DNA of 64,000 bases, from positions 107,260,001 through 107,324,000 of the forward strand of contig OZ024741.1 in the NCBI GenBank assembly GCA_964016885.1, written 5' to 3'. The stretch is from Eledone cirrhosa. Taxonomy: Eukaryota. This document shows positions 44,358 through 60,749 of the stretch, in pieces. A program made the position numbers and the translations under genes. Under the pieces are notes generated by a model. That model saw nothing but the letters and a program-made list of their open reading frames with translations, ran no database searches and was not told the DNA's origin. Within the stretch, counting starts at the first letter, position 1. Every line of letters starts with the position of its first letter.

Positions 44358-44598
44358 TATATATATATATACATATACATATATATACTCTTTATTATGG
44401 CCAAGTGGTGAATTTTGTTGAGTTGAACTTTCATGACCTGTGCTCTGTAGACGGACAGTGACCCTCCACCTCGAACAACATGACATGCCACAGAGCCATA
44501 ATAAGGAATATTTATACTCTACTACGTCATTGAGTACTCATTCACACTTCAGTCAATAACATACCGATCTTGATATTATCAGGAATCAAATAAATCAT

Positions 44599-44653
<55 letters not shown>

Positions 44654-44723
44654 ATAATAAGAGTTTCAGAAGATCCCGTTAAGGGTGAAAGCAGCGATTC
44701 TTTGCTTAAACTTTAATCTGTTA

Positions 44724-44804
<81 letters not shown>

Positions 44805-44834
44805 GTATATACATATATATATACATATGTATAT

Positions 44835-44940
<106 letters not shown>

Positions 44941-45051
44941 AGATCAAAAGATGGTTAAAAGACTTCCATGTATTTTATTATGCGCATTTCAAAAACAAAT
45001 ATCATCATGTAATAACATTTGCTTTATTGTACTGCAATAAAACTCACCTCC

Positions 45052-45125
<74 letters not shown>

Positions 45126-45401
45126 TACTTTAAAATATATTTTGCAATATATATATTTCAATACTCTACACATACACATGCGCAAAAATATACATAAAGA
45201 GACAGACGCGTAGGCGCACCCATATTATGCATGTGTTAGAGCTGCAACAAGGAGTGTTATAGTAGTTTGAACTACGTAACAGTCTACTGTAACAGGCACT
45301 GCAATCGGCAGCGATGTGAACTATTAAGGTGTTTCTCAGGGAGATTCAACGAAGCACTATGCGTAATAAGTAATAAGGCAGACAAATTATATGTATATAA
45401 T

Positions 45402-45453
<52 letters not shown>

Positions 45454-45728
45454 TTATATATATATATATATGTATATATACGCGAATATAGATTCATATA
45501 TATAATATATGTATATGTGTCTGTGTGTGTGTGTATTCATATGTGTATATATATATGTATATTATTTACACACACACACACACAAATGTATATATATACA
45601 CACAATCAGATATTCGAAGAATATATATATTGATATATATATGTAAATGTATATATAAATACATATATATCTATATCTATAAATTTATATTTATATATAT
45701 ATACATACATATGCATACATACATATAC

Positions 45729-45864
<136 letters not shown>

Positions 45865-46194
45865 TTATATATATATATATATATGTATATGTGTGTGTGT
45901 GTGTGTGTGTTTATATATATATGTGTGTGTGTGTGTTTGTTTGTTTACATATATATATATAAATATATATATATACATACATACATTTACATATATATAT
46001 ATATCTATATATATATCGACAGTCGATCGACTCTCATCAAATCGGATTGAGGAAACAATGTTTCCATTGGTCTTTCCAATTGCTAATACTTTCTATCGGT
46101 CGCAACTCCAGGTAGAAGGTGCAACGTGAAATAAAGTATCTTGGTCAAGCCCGGTTCGGGAATCGAACTCACAACCTCACGATTGTGAAAACTT

Positions 46195-46511
46195 AGGTAT
46201 ATTTAAAAAAGGGAAAAGAATGACTTGTAGTTCTAAATAATTTCATTTAATTTTATATTATCATTATTTTACAATTTGATTATGTAGATCGATTAAGTTC
46301 TTTGTTAACTTCGGTGGAGAGATTTTTTAAAGATTCCTGGTTAGCTTTACTGGAGAACTTTCTCGCAGGTTGTGTTGTGATGTGTGACTGAGATTGAGAT
46401 TTGTGTGTGTGTGTGTGTGTGTGTTTGTGTAAAATCCTAATATTATAAAATAAAAATTAAATTATTTAGAACTACAAGTGAAGTCATTCTTTTCCCTTTT
46501 TTAAATATATA
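46195..46511. repeat. ~63-bp imperfect inverted repeats around a ~190-bp spacer
   Basis: TATATTTAAAAAAGGGAAAAGAATGACTTGTAGTTCTAAATAATTT versus AAATTATTTAGAACTACAAGTGAAGTCATTCTTTTCCCTTTTTTAAATATA. Confidence 0.8.
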
Positions 46512-46523
46512 CATACATATATT

Positions 46524-46626
<103 letters not shown>

Positions 46627-46952
46627 ATATATATATGTTTGTGCGTGTGCATATATTATATATATATCCATATATATATATATATATACGTATATATATT
46701 TTATATATGTATATACGCATATATTATATATATATATATATATGTATGTATATATATATAATAAATGTAATCTGAGTTTTTCGAATATTAATAATAACAT
46801 TCGATTCGTTTGCAATTATGCAAACAAGCCTAAATTTTATAGCCATGTCAGTAGATGAACTCCTCATTCTTACTCTTATGCTGGCGTGCGAACAAAAGTT
46901 TATATATACACAGATACACACACACACACACATACACACACACACACACAAA

Positions 46953-47036
<84 letters not shown>

Positions 47037-47229
47037 ATTTATGTATATATGTATATATATACACACACAGGCATATTTATATATATATATATATATGCTG
47101 TTTCTCTGGTCTGTAGTATATCTGATATTTTACATTGAGCTAATTTTCTTACTGGTAATTGGGTAATATTACCCTGATCTTATTTATAATTGTATATATA
47201 TTATATATCTATATCTATATCTATATATC

Positions 47230-47267
<38 letters not shown>

Positions 47268-47291
47268 AAGAGAGAGAGAGAGAGAGAGGGA

Positions 47292-47338
<47 letters not shown>

Positions 47339-47798
47339 GGTAATACAACAGTTAGTTCACAATACTGAGAACAATTGTTTCACCTTAGCGGATCTTTCAT
47401 CTCGTAAATATATACACACTTTTGTATATGGATGTGTGCGTGTGTAAGTAAAAGGGAGTTTATCAATATATCGGTATATATTTGTGTATATATGTGTATA
47501 TAAAAACATATGTAAAGTATGATATAATTCAGTCACGTGTCTACAGTCTTTCTTAGGTAATTTCAACTTCCTTTTATCTTTTAAGTTTTGAATTTCTCAT
47601 TCATCTCAAAATCTGTCATTATTTTGCATTATCTCTCTCACACATCCCATTGTCTGATATACTCTGACAGTCCTCTCACACATCTCCTTGTCTAATACAA
47701 CGTAATTGTCTTCTCTCATTTTCTTTCAATTCATTACACCCTACATTTATTCTGATTTTAGAAATAAACAACAAATGTAGAAATATATCAGAATGTAT

Positions 47799-47868
<70 letters not shown>

Positions 47869-47870
<2 letters not shown>

Positions 47871-48065
47871 CGAAGGAAATGTGGTAAGGAACCAGGTGGA
47901 CCATAACGCACCAAAGTACTCAATACTTAGGGTAGTAGAGTGGGTAATAGGAACGAGTAGGACCCCGACGGCTGAGCTCAAGCCGTTTCGACGGCTAATT
48001 CTAGACGAGTCCAGAATTAGCCGTCGAAACGGCTTGAGTTCAGCCGTCGGGGTCCTACTCGTTCC

Positions 48066-48068
<3 letters not shown>
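47869..48068. repeat. Snap-back element: 78-bp head plus palindrome 47947-48068 (60-bp arms, 2 mismatches)
   Basis: Read directly, flanked by (TA)n. Same family as 53710-53924 in the opposite orientation. Confidence 0.9.
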
Positions 48069-48130
<62 letters not shown>

Positions 48131-48134
48131 ATAC

Positions 48135-48165
<31 letters not shown>

Positions 48166-48311
48166 CGTTAATACTCATCTTTTTCCATTTCTCCGAGGGT
48201 TCTTAACCCTACTATCATGCTAAATAATTTCTTTAATTTCTTTATTCAAAATACGGCGATAGCTTACATTTCTAATAATTTCAAACCCACTCGCTGTTTC
48301 GAAAATATTCT

Positions 48312-48428
<117 letters not shown>

Positions 48429-48620
48429 CATATATATATATATAATAAAAGTAGGTGTTATACTAGTGGATATCTTTTCCATTTATGAGTAATTTGTTTC
48501 TACCACTTAGAAAACACGTCTCTTTCATCCCTACTTATCATCAAACAGTTTCCACATATATGACGAATATATCTCCTTTTAAAAACATTTCGCAAACTTA
48601 TATGCATACACACACACAAC

Positions 48621-48651
<31 letters not shown>

Positions 48652-48731
48652 ACACACACACATATGTATATAGACACACTCACATATATCTATTAAGAAC
48701 CATTTTAAAATTACTCAACAGAGTACTCGAT

Positions 48732-48776
48732 ACTTAGGGTAGTAGAGTGTGGTTATATTATACAGATTCGGAACCC

Positions 48777-48822
<46 letters not shown>

Positions 48823-48872
48823 AGTCGGGTTTCGAATTTTAATAATATAACCACACTCTACTACCCTAAGTA
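48732..48872. repeat. Inverted repeat (~50-bp arms) around a (TA)n spacer, related to the 47869/53710 family
   Basis: ACTTAGGGTAGTAGAGTGTGGTTATATTA ... TAATATAACCACACTCTACTACCCTAAGT. Confidence 0.8.
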
Positions 48873-48961
48873 GTACATAGGTACGCTTTCATCAGATAAA
48901 ATACAAAGTTTGTTTTATAAATAGAGACATACCCATGAAAATCATACCTTATCGGATAGTC

Positions 48962-49021
<60 letters not shown>

Positions 49022-49310
49022 GTGTGTGTTGTATATATATATATATTTTTTTTTTTTAAGCCCCGTATTGTGTGTGTAGGGTCTAATTTAGCAGTGTTGT
49101 TAGTGCTTCGGAAAAAAATGCTTGAGGTCAACATTGCTCTTCATATTTTTGCGGTCAAAATCAGGGGACGGTAAATCAGTATGTGAGATACGTTTCTGTA
49201 TCTGAACCAGCTTTGTGAGTTATGAGTTACAATTTAGCCGCCTTCACTCAGCGGTTGCAACCACCAGAGATTATCAGAAATAGAAATACCAAAGGAAAAT
49301 ATTATTTCCT

Positions 49311-49359
49311 ACCAGTAATGCACTGGGTATTTGCTGGCCTTGTGCCTAAAGTAGAAACA
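49311..49359 (+). mobile_element. SINE family A 3' stub with 10-bp TSD
   Basis: ATTATTTCCT at 49301-49310 and 49360-49369. Confidence 0.8.
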
Positions 49360-50019
49360 ATTATTTCCTTGGTATGATCTGAAAATCCTTTCTTTTCCTT
49401 TTATATATTATTCTTATTTTTTTTCCAGTCTGTGATCGTCAATCATGCTGGGGCATCGCATTCATTGATGCTACAATTTAAATGATCCTCTGTATCTGAT
49501 TCAATTTGTGATACACCTGGTATTTCGATACTGTCACAATCATTTGTGTTTCTTTGTTACCTTTGTTCATCTGTAACCCCAGATAGTAGAAACCCTTGGT
49601 GATTTCTAAACAGAACGCCATATGGTTTTCGAAGGACATTGAAAACCATTTTGACTTTGAACCTAATATAACGTAGTAGATTACCCTAACTTTAGACTTG
49701 TTATTTATGAAACACTATTTGCCCTTTCCTCATTGGCTCCTTACCCACCTTCTACAAATCTCAACTTTATTACTTCTAACGCATGAAGATTCATCATCTA
49801 GAAATAATCTATAAGTCTGGCATAATTTATCCTTAACTTTTCAAATTAAAAAGGGATTTCCTTCCCATTTTATCCCTCCTCTTTACAATTCTTCTACATG
49901 TATGAATGACGGACAGACAGACGGAGAAACTGTCTTCCTTTTATAATAGTAATTGGAACTTCCAACTTAATACCAATGTTAGTTGTTAGCCTTTACAGGA
50001 TACACCCCCCACACACATA

Positions 50020-50400
50020 CATCATCATCATCATCATCATCATCAATTTACGTTCGCTGTCTCATGCTTGCATGTGTTGAAAGGGTCTATTTTAGGGCAG
50101 TATCTTTGCCGACGTCACGTTCTTTCGCCATCACCTCTGTGAGTTTCAGCAGTTTGAGATCAACTCTCAACACATTTGCTTTCAGCAGTTTGAGATCAAC
50201 TCTCAACACATTTGCTCAAGTATTCTTTGGTCTTTCCGTACTGGGATTTGTCTGTACATCTTCACCCAGCGATCATCACCCACGGGCATCACATGTCCAT
50301 ATCAGAGCCGTCTGTGTCTTGCACACTACATCTGCTACATCCATCAAAGCATGCTCCATTTCTTCCCACTCGTACCACACTCTCTTTCCATCTCACTCTG
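50020..50400 (-). mobile_element. Decayed RTE-like LINE 3' end with (GAT)n tail and internal 36-bp tandem duplication
   Basis: The minus strand has a YGHV remnant (about 50290-50300) and a GR/RPK-like segment. TTCAGCAGTTTGAGATCAACTCTCAACACATTTGCT occurs twice at 50145-50216. Confidence 0.55.
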
Positions 50401-50566
50401 TCTCCATATATATATATATATACATATCCATGTATGTATATATACATTAAAAAACGTATATGTATATTTTTAATACGTATATATATACACACAAACACAC
50501 ACACACCCATATATACGCACACACACAACACACATATACATATACATACATACATACAACACACAT

Positions 50567-50600
<34 letters not shown>

Positions 50601-50760
50601 TAATGCATATATTTCTCGCTTGTATCCGCTTTAGGAAGTAGAATTTAAATGTGCAATCAAACAAACACAAACAGACATACATAAATGCAAATATTCGTAC
50701 ATACACGCATATACTCTATTACTCTATTACGTGTTGCAGCATATATACACGCACAGACAG

Positions 50761-50847
<87 letters not shown>

Positions 50848-51408
50848 GTATCTATCTTTCTCCTCTCACTCAACTATTTGATACACTTTTATGTTCTTTT
50901 GATGTACTATAGTGCGTTATTGGGCGTACATTACAACGACTACACCCCCAATTGCATATATATATATATATCAATGCACATACACATATATACATGCATA
51001 CATGTTTGCATACAAATACCTACAGACAGACACACATTCAAACATACATAATTATATATACATACACACACATACCTACTTGCATTCATTGATATATACA
51101 TACATACATGTTTGCATACAAATACATACATACAGACAGACACATTCAAACATACATATTTATATACATACCTACTTGCATTCATACATACATACATGTT
51201 TGCATACAAATACATATATATAGACAGACACACATTTAAACATACATATTTATATATACACACACACACATACCTGCTTGCATTAATTCATACATACATA
51301 CATACATACATACATACATACATACATACATACATACATACATACATACATACATACATCATACATACATACATACATACATACATACATACATACATAC
51401 ATCATACA

Positions 51409-51440
<32 letters not shown>

Positions 51441-52305
51441 AAAAAAAATGTTGCATCTAATAACTGCATATACACGTACAGATACAAAGCATATACACAT
51501 GCACACATACAACTCAAAACATCCACATCCACACATACAATATCATCCATATCTACACATGGATGCATACATACATATCTACCTAGTTGATGTTGTGTAA
51601 ATTCAAATGAGAGAGTCTTGTGTCTATGTTGGAAACCGACTCTCTCTCTATTGGTAAAACTTTGTGAAATTATAAAACCAGAAGAACATACATACATACA
51701 TACATACATACATACATACATACATACATACATACATACATACATACATACATACATACATACATACATACATACATACATACATACATACATACATACA
51801 TACTTATACATATATCAACATCTCTATATTTCTTCAGGGATACGTTAGATGATCTATATTCACCAAGGTATTTCTTCACTATATTCTAATATTTCTTTAT
51901 GCATGATATCACCATGGCTTCTGCCATCTTAACTTATTCAGTTAACGTCTTTGGCGTATACACGTGTGCGAGTGTGTGTATTTGTGTATACATACATACA
52001 TATATATATGTATATATATATATATATATATATTGTATATGCAAAGGGATATATATATATATAAATATTTAAACAAATAATTAAACAAATGCAAAATCAA
52101 ATAAGCATCCATTTTGTTTTTCTTATATGACCTTTCATAAAATTTATCGCCATTTATTGAGTGGTTTTATTCATGCATGCATACCATACACTCACGGTCA
52201 TGCGTAATATTTCCAATATATATGTGCGTGTGTGTGCTTATATATATATATATATATATATGTATATGTGTGTGTGTATGTGCGCGCGTGTGTGTGTGTG
52301 TGTGC

Positions 52306-52380
<75 letters not shown>

Positions 52381-52790
52381 GATACAAGAAACACTTTTCT
52401 TCATCACTTCCTTGTCTGTTTTACCCTCCAGGTTCTCGGGTGAATTGTTATGTGTTGCAGTGATACCTCCCCTTACTATCCTTCTCGGTTAAGAAATATG
52501 TCTTTTGCTGTTACAAAGTTCTTACCGGTCCATTCCTTGTTATTAACCGCTCATTTCTTTTTTATTCTTGCTTTATTTTACCTTTAAAAGTTCCTAGGAA
52601 GATGGTCTTGGTCAATCACTCAGATCTTGTCACGTTTTTCGCATCTTTACAGTGTTTAGCAGATCTTCCTTGTTGTCTACATGTTGTCGCCTTGTCGAGT
52701 GAATGATTTCGTTGTTTATGTGTTCCATATTGAAGATAGCCATGAGTTTTATGAAGCATTTCCTTTCGAATGTCATTATTTGTCTCCGTA

Positions 52791-52970
52791 GATTGGCAGT
52801 ATCGGTAGAGGGTCGGACGCCATGCTTTCCAGCATAGTTACGTCCCTTTACAATCTGAGTTCAAATCCCGCCGAGGTTGACCTTGCCTTTCATCCTTACG
52901 GGGTCGATAAAATAAAGTACCAGTAATGCACTGGATAATTGCTGGCCTTGTGCCTAAAGTAGAAACAATT
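52791..52970 (+). mobile_element. SINE family A copy with degenerate 16-bp TSD
   Basis: ATTATTTGTCTCCGTA before and ATTATTTTTCTGCGTA after. Confidence 0.9.
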
Positions 52971-53361
52971 ATTTTTCTGCGTAATTCCAGAGAGAGCCTA
53001 CCTATCTCACAGGCATATAAAAAGATAGAAATTACTAGATCACGTATAAGTCTAGTATTAATTCTTTTGTTCCTATCTTGCCATATGGTCTTATCCTTGC
53101 TAATGGTGCTGATACTTGGGCAGCTCTTGACAGAATTTCTTACATTAACCCTTGTTAGGTGATGGTATTACCTAGAGATTTGTAGTGGTCAGCTAAATGT
53201 CTCAAGCCCCTGACCTTTGACAGTGATTCTAGTGCCGAACCTGCTTTGGCTATTTGTCATGGCATTTGTCTTCTCACTGCTGATTGCCATTCCTCTCTGG
53301 TGGCGGTTTTGGCTAAAATTGAATTATGTAACAATTGTTTCGGCAAATAAACTCGCCCTCC

Positions 53362-53413
<52 letters not shown>

Positions 53414-53618
53414 GTCGCACACACACACGCAGACGCACTGACACACAAATATATAGACATAAACAAAGCGGTTGACTTAAGTAGTTTTAGGAAAATCTAA
53501 AATTTTAAATGTGTGTGTCTCAACGCAATGGACAAAATGACAGTCAATCATTAGGAACATTAGTTGAGAAATTCGGTCAAGGTGCTCTTGGAAAAAGAAA
53601 AAGGGGGAAAGATATGCA

Positions 53619-53665
<47 letters not shown>

Positions 53666-53671
53666 TAATGC

Positions 53672-53709
<38 letters not shown>

Positions 53710-53714
<5 letters not shown>

Positions 53715-53923
53715 GGAACAAGTATGACCCCGATGGCAGAGCTCAAGCCATTTCGACGGCTATTTCTGGACTAAAAAAGTTTTTTAGTCCAGAAATAGCC
53801 GTCGAAACGGCTTGAGCTCTGCCGTCGGGGTCATACTTGTTCCTATTACCCACTCTACTACCCTAAGTATTGAGTACTTTGGTGCGTTATGGTCCATCTG
53901 GTTCCTTACCACAATTCCTTCGT

Positions 53924-53924
<1 letters not shown>
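53710..53924. repeat. Snap-back element: palindrome 53710-53848 (69-bp arms, 2 mismatches) plus 76-bp tail
   Basis: Read directly, flanked by (TA)n. Homologue of 47869-48068. Confidence 0.9.
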
Positions 53925-53992
<68 letters not shown>

Positions 53993-54472
53993 GTGTATAG
54001 GTACAAGAATATTGCGTCCGTAGGTAGTATGCCGGGTAAGCATTCGATGCTTGTGCAGAGCAGGGTAGGTATAATAGTATATATATATATATATTTTTTT
54101 TTTTTCTCTCTCTCTCGTCTACGATTTCACAGAACTTACGTTCACCGAATTCACAGACTAGATCCCTTCTCCCTCCCGTTAGACCTGTACGGAATTCCTT
54201 CCTTGCTCACATTCCAACCAGGTTTGATGGTCTTTATTCTCTCTCGTTCACGATTTCACCGAACTTATATTCATGGAAATTTGGGACTTGACTCCTTCTT
54301 CCTCACTTTTCTTTGCTTCACCATCTTTGTTTGTTTACACTCTCGTGTCCCCTTTATTTACGTGTCCCAACGACTTTTTTAGCCGTTGCTCGCACCAACC
54401 GGAGGTATATGGTCTTTAAAGCGATGAAATACCAATGATGGTTGGAAGATCACTGATGAAGGACTAACTTTA

Positions 54473-54517
<45 letters not shown>

Positions 54518-54824
54518 TTTCAAAAACAAATCCGAAAGTTAAATTCAGCACTCAACATATAAGTCGGTTCATTATCAATTCGAGTAGATGATGGATCTTA
54601 ATGGGATCTATGAACAATGGAAGCGTTGGAGATTTGAATGTTGGATAAGTGTCTTTTAAACCAACACCATATATTCATGATATTCTGTCTACTTAAGATT
54701 CTTCGCACTTTTCCAAGACTGATTTGGTATCCAATAAGGGTGAAAGCAATTTTCTGAGGTTTTTTGTGAATTATCATATTTTCCAGAATAAATAATTTTG
54801 CGTTCATGTTGTTTATCACTATTA

Positions 54825-54930
54825 TCCCGCCGAGGTTAACTTTGCCTTTCATCCTTAATGGGTAGATAAAATAAAGCACCAGTAATATACTGGGATAATT
54901 TCTTGCCTTGTGCCAAAAGTGGAAACAACT
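54825..54930 (+). mobile_element. SINE family A 3' half
   Basis: TCCCGCCGAGGTTAACTTTGCCTTTCATCC...GTGCCAAAAGTGGAAACAA. Confidence 0.85.
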
Positions 54931-55845
54931 ATTAAACAAGTATAAAATAACATATTCTTATATTGTATATGTATCCTTGGTTACTGATTGAGTAACATTA
55001 ATATGGTGAATTAATAAACCTAGATTTTAATCTTTCGATTAACATTATAACGCTAAATTTTCTTGTTAATCAATGAAAATAATCTGGTAGCAATAATCAG
55101 TGTCGCATATTTTTAATATTCTTGTAAACTGAAATATATTTTCAAATATTCAATCTTCTTTTGATTAACATAATACAGTTAAACATCTACATTTATACTT
55201 GATAAAAATATTTTAGTAATAATTTTGAGATGTTGCTCAGGTATTCTCGTAACATATATTCTAATATATTATATTAATAATTTCCCCGTCTTACTATTGA
55301 AGTTAGCTTTATTAAGCTTTATTATCCTCGGTCATACTTTTACTTCTCCGTTATTTACTCTTATGCTGGTATAAGATACAGTGAATAATTTCTAACTTTT
55401 GCGATTCTCTTAATAGTTATTTTGCGACGCACGTTTGGATTTTGTTATTATAGAGATTTAATGTTACAACGAAATACTTGCTGTAATGAAAGTCATTTTA
55501 TAATTTTCTCTGAAAAGGTAAGTGATACTCGAATCACAATAAACGTACGGAGAGTACAAAAGTTGTATCTTCTTATCGTATTCAGAACATTTATCGACAT
55601 ATCAGGGCAAGAGGGATGGAAAAATGTATATTACAAGTTAGGCCAGACCCCCCCCCCCCCCCCCCCCCCAAAAAAAAATCACTTCTGATATACAAAAACA
55701 AGAAGCGATATTTCTTATCGCTCCATAATGGCTGAAAGGTATTTTCATCTAGTTTTCGGTATTTTCTGGTTATCGCTGAGGTGATGATACTAAGGCATAT
55801 GTGAAGTCATGTCACATGATTAACTCTCGGGGTAAAAAGAAATTT

Positions 55846-55907
<62 letters not shown>

Positions 55908-56331
55908 ATATTATTGTTATTAGTATCAGTAGAACGTCGGACACCCTACTTCGCGGCGTAGAGTAACGGCCCTTTAATTTCTATTATATATATATATATA
56001 AACGAAACTTCCTCATTTTTTTCTATTATATATATATATATAATAAAAAAAACATATCGACCTCGTAAGACTGACGAGCAGATCGATACTGGACTTGGGT
56101 CCATAAATCCTATGGATTACCTTGAGTCAATCCTCTGCAAAATGCGTGATACACAATAAATATTTTTTATATGTAAACCAAACTTCTTCGTTTCTTTTTT
56201 ACATTATATACACTCTACCTGCGCAAAGAGTGCTTGATTTGGTACCAACATCAGTAATTCACTGTAATACCCACACACACTATATATATATATATATATA
56301 TTATTACTATATATATATATATATATATATA

Positions 56332-56539
56332 GTAATAATAATAAATTTGAAGACTAAAATCCAAAGAGGGCTCGATAAGGATAAATATATATCAAATATA
56401 TAAGAACCGTAGAGCAAATATTTATTAAAATAACAGATTAAAGTTTAAGCAAAGAATCGCTGCTTTCACCCTTAACGGGATCTTAAAGATCCCGTTAAGG
56501 GTGAAAGCAGCGATTCTTTGCTTAAACTTTAATCTGTTA

Positions 56540-56547
<8 letters not shown>
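56332..56547. repeat. Snap-back element: ~90-bp head plus perfect palindrome 56423-56547 (62-bp arms, 1-nt loop)
   Basis: Read directly, flanked by (TA)n. A single arm recurs at 44670-44731. Confidence 0.9.
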
Positions 56548-56587
<40 letters not shown>

Positions 56588-56787
56588 ATTTCAGCGTTCT
56601 ATTCAATAATAAATTAATACTAATCGCAGCCGAGGGTTAAACCTGCGATGGAGAAGCGTCCCATCGACGGTGGAGGTTTATGCCGTCATTTTTTAACACC
56701 AGTATAAGCGAGATAACCACCAGCCTGTGATATATATATTTATATACCCATATATATGTACATGTATAGATATAGCAATTATTTGAT

Positions 56788-56879
<92 letters not shown>

Positions 56880-56884
56880 ATATA

Positions 56885-57112
56885 TATGTATTTAAAAGGA
56901 AAGCAGAAATAACCACACAATCGGTACAGTATATGTAAGGTATATATTAGGTTAACGCTTGATATTGCAGGAAGAGGGTCTTAACGTTTTGGACGCTAGT
57001 CCTTCATCAGAAGAAAGAATGAGAAATAAAATAGATTGAGGGGACGGGCGGGATGGAATTGGAAAAAATGTCTTTAGATAAAAATAACAGGTCCATTCAT
57101 GTTGACATCTCA
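56885..57112 (-). mobile_element. Longer copy of the hammerhead-bearing repeat, core mutated GAAAC to AAAAC (motif at 56979-57014)
   Basis: Reverse complement of 44131-44295, with about 55 extra 5' bases. Confidence 0.75.
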
Positions 57113-57136
57113 TATATATATATATAAATATATATA

Positions 57137-57211
<75 letters not shown>

Positions 57212-57440
57212 ATGTATATATATATACATATATATATATATACATATATATATATATGTGTGTGTGTGTGTGTATATATATTATATATATATATTTATAT
57301 ACCCATATATATGTACATGTATAGATATAGTAAATATTTGTTTTTGTTCATATATATGTGTGTAAATATATATATATATATATATATATGAATATATATT
57401 CGTATATATATATGTGCATATATATATGAATATATATTCG

Positions 57441-57473
<33 letters not shown>

Positions 57474-57863
57474 ATATATAGATATACATATGGGAATATT
57501 TATGCTTATACATATATATATGTGTGTGTGTCTGTATATAGATATACATTTGCACACATTTACACAAAAATACACTTACGTATCCGATTATTTATTAAAA
57601 TTGAAATAATGACTTCAATTTATGAAACGTCTGTTGTAATTTCACAACATATAAATATCCGTAACAGTTATTAATATGAAGTTATTTTATTTCTTTTTGA
57701 TTCTGCATTATATTACTTACTTCCTTTTAGTTTATCTTATTTTCGCCAGTTTTCTGCTATTTTTCATTTTGAAAATATAATTTTTTTAATTGAAATAAAT
57801 ATTTTTCTGTACACACAGACATACACACGCACACACGCACACACGCGCACACACGCGCACACA

Positions 57864-57983
<120 letters not shown>

Positions 57984-58319
57984 CACACACACTTACACAA
58001 ACACACATATACACATGCATATACACATACACAGATATATAAATATATGTATATATATATATTTATATATATATACATTAGTGTGTTGTATATGCCTGTG
58101 TGCGCGTTTGTTTAACTCTCGTCGCATAGCAGTTCGATAAACAAAAATCACCACAGCTAGTAGCAGATGGACATAAGAGTTTGGATCGATATTTTCGACA
58201 AAAAACTCGTAAAAAAATATATATATTTACACACACACACACACACATACATATACATATCTATATGTAAATATATATGTATATATATATATATATTTAT
58301 GTAAATATATATGTGTGTT

Positions 58320-58374
<55 letters not shown>

Positions 58375-58409
58375 ACATATATATATGTGTATATATATAT
58401 ATATCTATG

Positions 58410-58452
<43 letters not shown>

Positions 58453-58482
58453 CTATATACATATTTATGTATATATATATAT

Positions 58483-58556
<74 letters not shown>

Positions 58557-58567
58557 ATATACATATT

Positions 58568-58633
<66 letters not shown>

Positions 58634-58731
58634 TAGATATAAACACATATATATACATATGTACATATATACATATATGTATGTATCCATCGATATCTAT
58701 ATCTATATCTATCTATCTATCTATCTATCTA

Positions 58732-58806
<75 letters not shown>

Positions 58807-58952
58807 CTATATACATATTTATGCTTTTATCTATTTCTATCTATGTCCTGTGAAGTTGAAAATAATTGCTTATCTCATAAAAATAATTAATCCATTTATC
58901 AAAAATATACAAACACAAACAGACACACACACTGAAGCATACGTACACCCCC

Positions 58953-58986
<34 letters not shown>

Positions 58987-59136
58987 ATACATATATATAC
59001 ACAAACATATTTAATATATATTTAATAAATGTATATATATAGTTATATATATATATAATATATAATATATTTAATGTATATAATATATATGCATATATAT
59101 AATAGACACACACATACACACACATATATATATAAT

Positions 59137-59171
<35 letters not shown>

Positions 59172-59820
59172 ACGTGTGTGTGTGAAACAAAATAACAACA
59201 TGATGAAAAAAATACCAATACTAAGGATAATAATTTGAAAACTTATAAAGGAATAAAATATAATGATATTCCTAAATATGAAGCATCCATTTGCTTAAAG
59301 TATTTAATTAAATCTTAATGTAACAATTTAAAAATAAATTTAGATTAAATAGTTTAAATTCCAGATAAATCGCTTTTCTCCTTACCCATTAAAAATGGTC
59401 GTATATCTTTCTGCTATTTTCATTTTCTCATTAATATGGCCGCCAATCGATTCAAATACACAATACTCTCGCTCTCTGCCTCCGCCTCCTTTTCGCACAC
59501 ACTCACACACATTCCCATACAGAGAAACAGCGAGAAACATAAACTTTCAGACATACATACATACCCTTCCACACCCTCTGTCTTTCAAACACACATACGT
59601 ACATATATATGTCGGCAAGTTTTTATGTATGTATATACGTATGATTTTCTTGCACACATACACATATACACACCAACATACACTTACAAGCACTCCCTCT
59701 CTCTCACATACAAACATATATATATATATGTGTGTTGTTTCTGTGTGTGTGTGTGTGTGTTTGTGTGTATGTATATATAATGTATATATATATGTATGTA
59801 TGTATATATATACATCGCTG

Positions 59821-59875
<55 letters not shown>

Positions 59876-59919
59876 TGAATATATATATAATATATATACA
59901 TACATACATATATATATAC

Positions 59920-59960
<41 letters not shown>

Positions 59961-60156
59961 ATACACGTACATAATCATACCACATAATAACACATATACA
60001 CCCACATATAATACACACGTAGCGAATATCTGACTAACTATCGGCCGGTTACTTTTTTTGTTCTATTAGAATATGTAATCCCATCTTATTCTCACACATT
60101 CTTAATATTTATCACTTCCTCCTTATCATCTATCTATCTATCTATCTATCTATCTG

Positions 60157-60208
<52 letters not shown>

Positions 60209-60672
60209 ACTATCTATATATGTGCTCTATCTATCTATCTAACCTATGTATCTACAAACTAAATAGTACTGTGTTTAACATACTAATCGCTCGTTAAACC
60301 AGAACTTGGGAACACTTTTATATAATGTAGGAGGTCTTACTGCATCTGTTGTTAATAATTAATATTAAAAAGCTGTAATGGAACATTTAGAAGCATCAAT
60401 CTCATACGGCCATCAACAGCATAGCTATTTGTTGGGATGAAATACGCCCCGATAATAAAATATAGCTAACAAACATATATAAGCAAAGTAAATCCACAAA
60501 CAAATAAGGTATAAAGTTTATCTAACATAACAAGCATAAACACTTACATAAACACTTACGTAAACACTTATAATATTATTGTATTGGGGATGTGTTCAAT
60601 TGACTTACTATCCATCCATCCATACATCCATACATCTATCAAACAATCTATCTAACAATCTATCCATCTATC

Positions 60673-60749
<77 letters not shown>

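Noticed and set aside
52400-53340. Possible old LINE fragment on the minus strand
   Set aside because: The composition is suggestive but I could not read a diagnostic motif.
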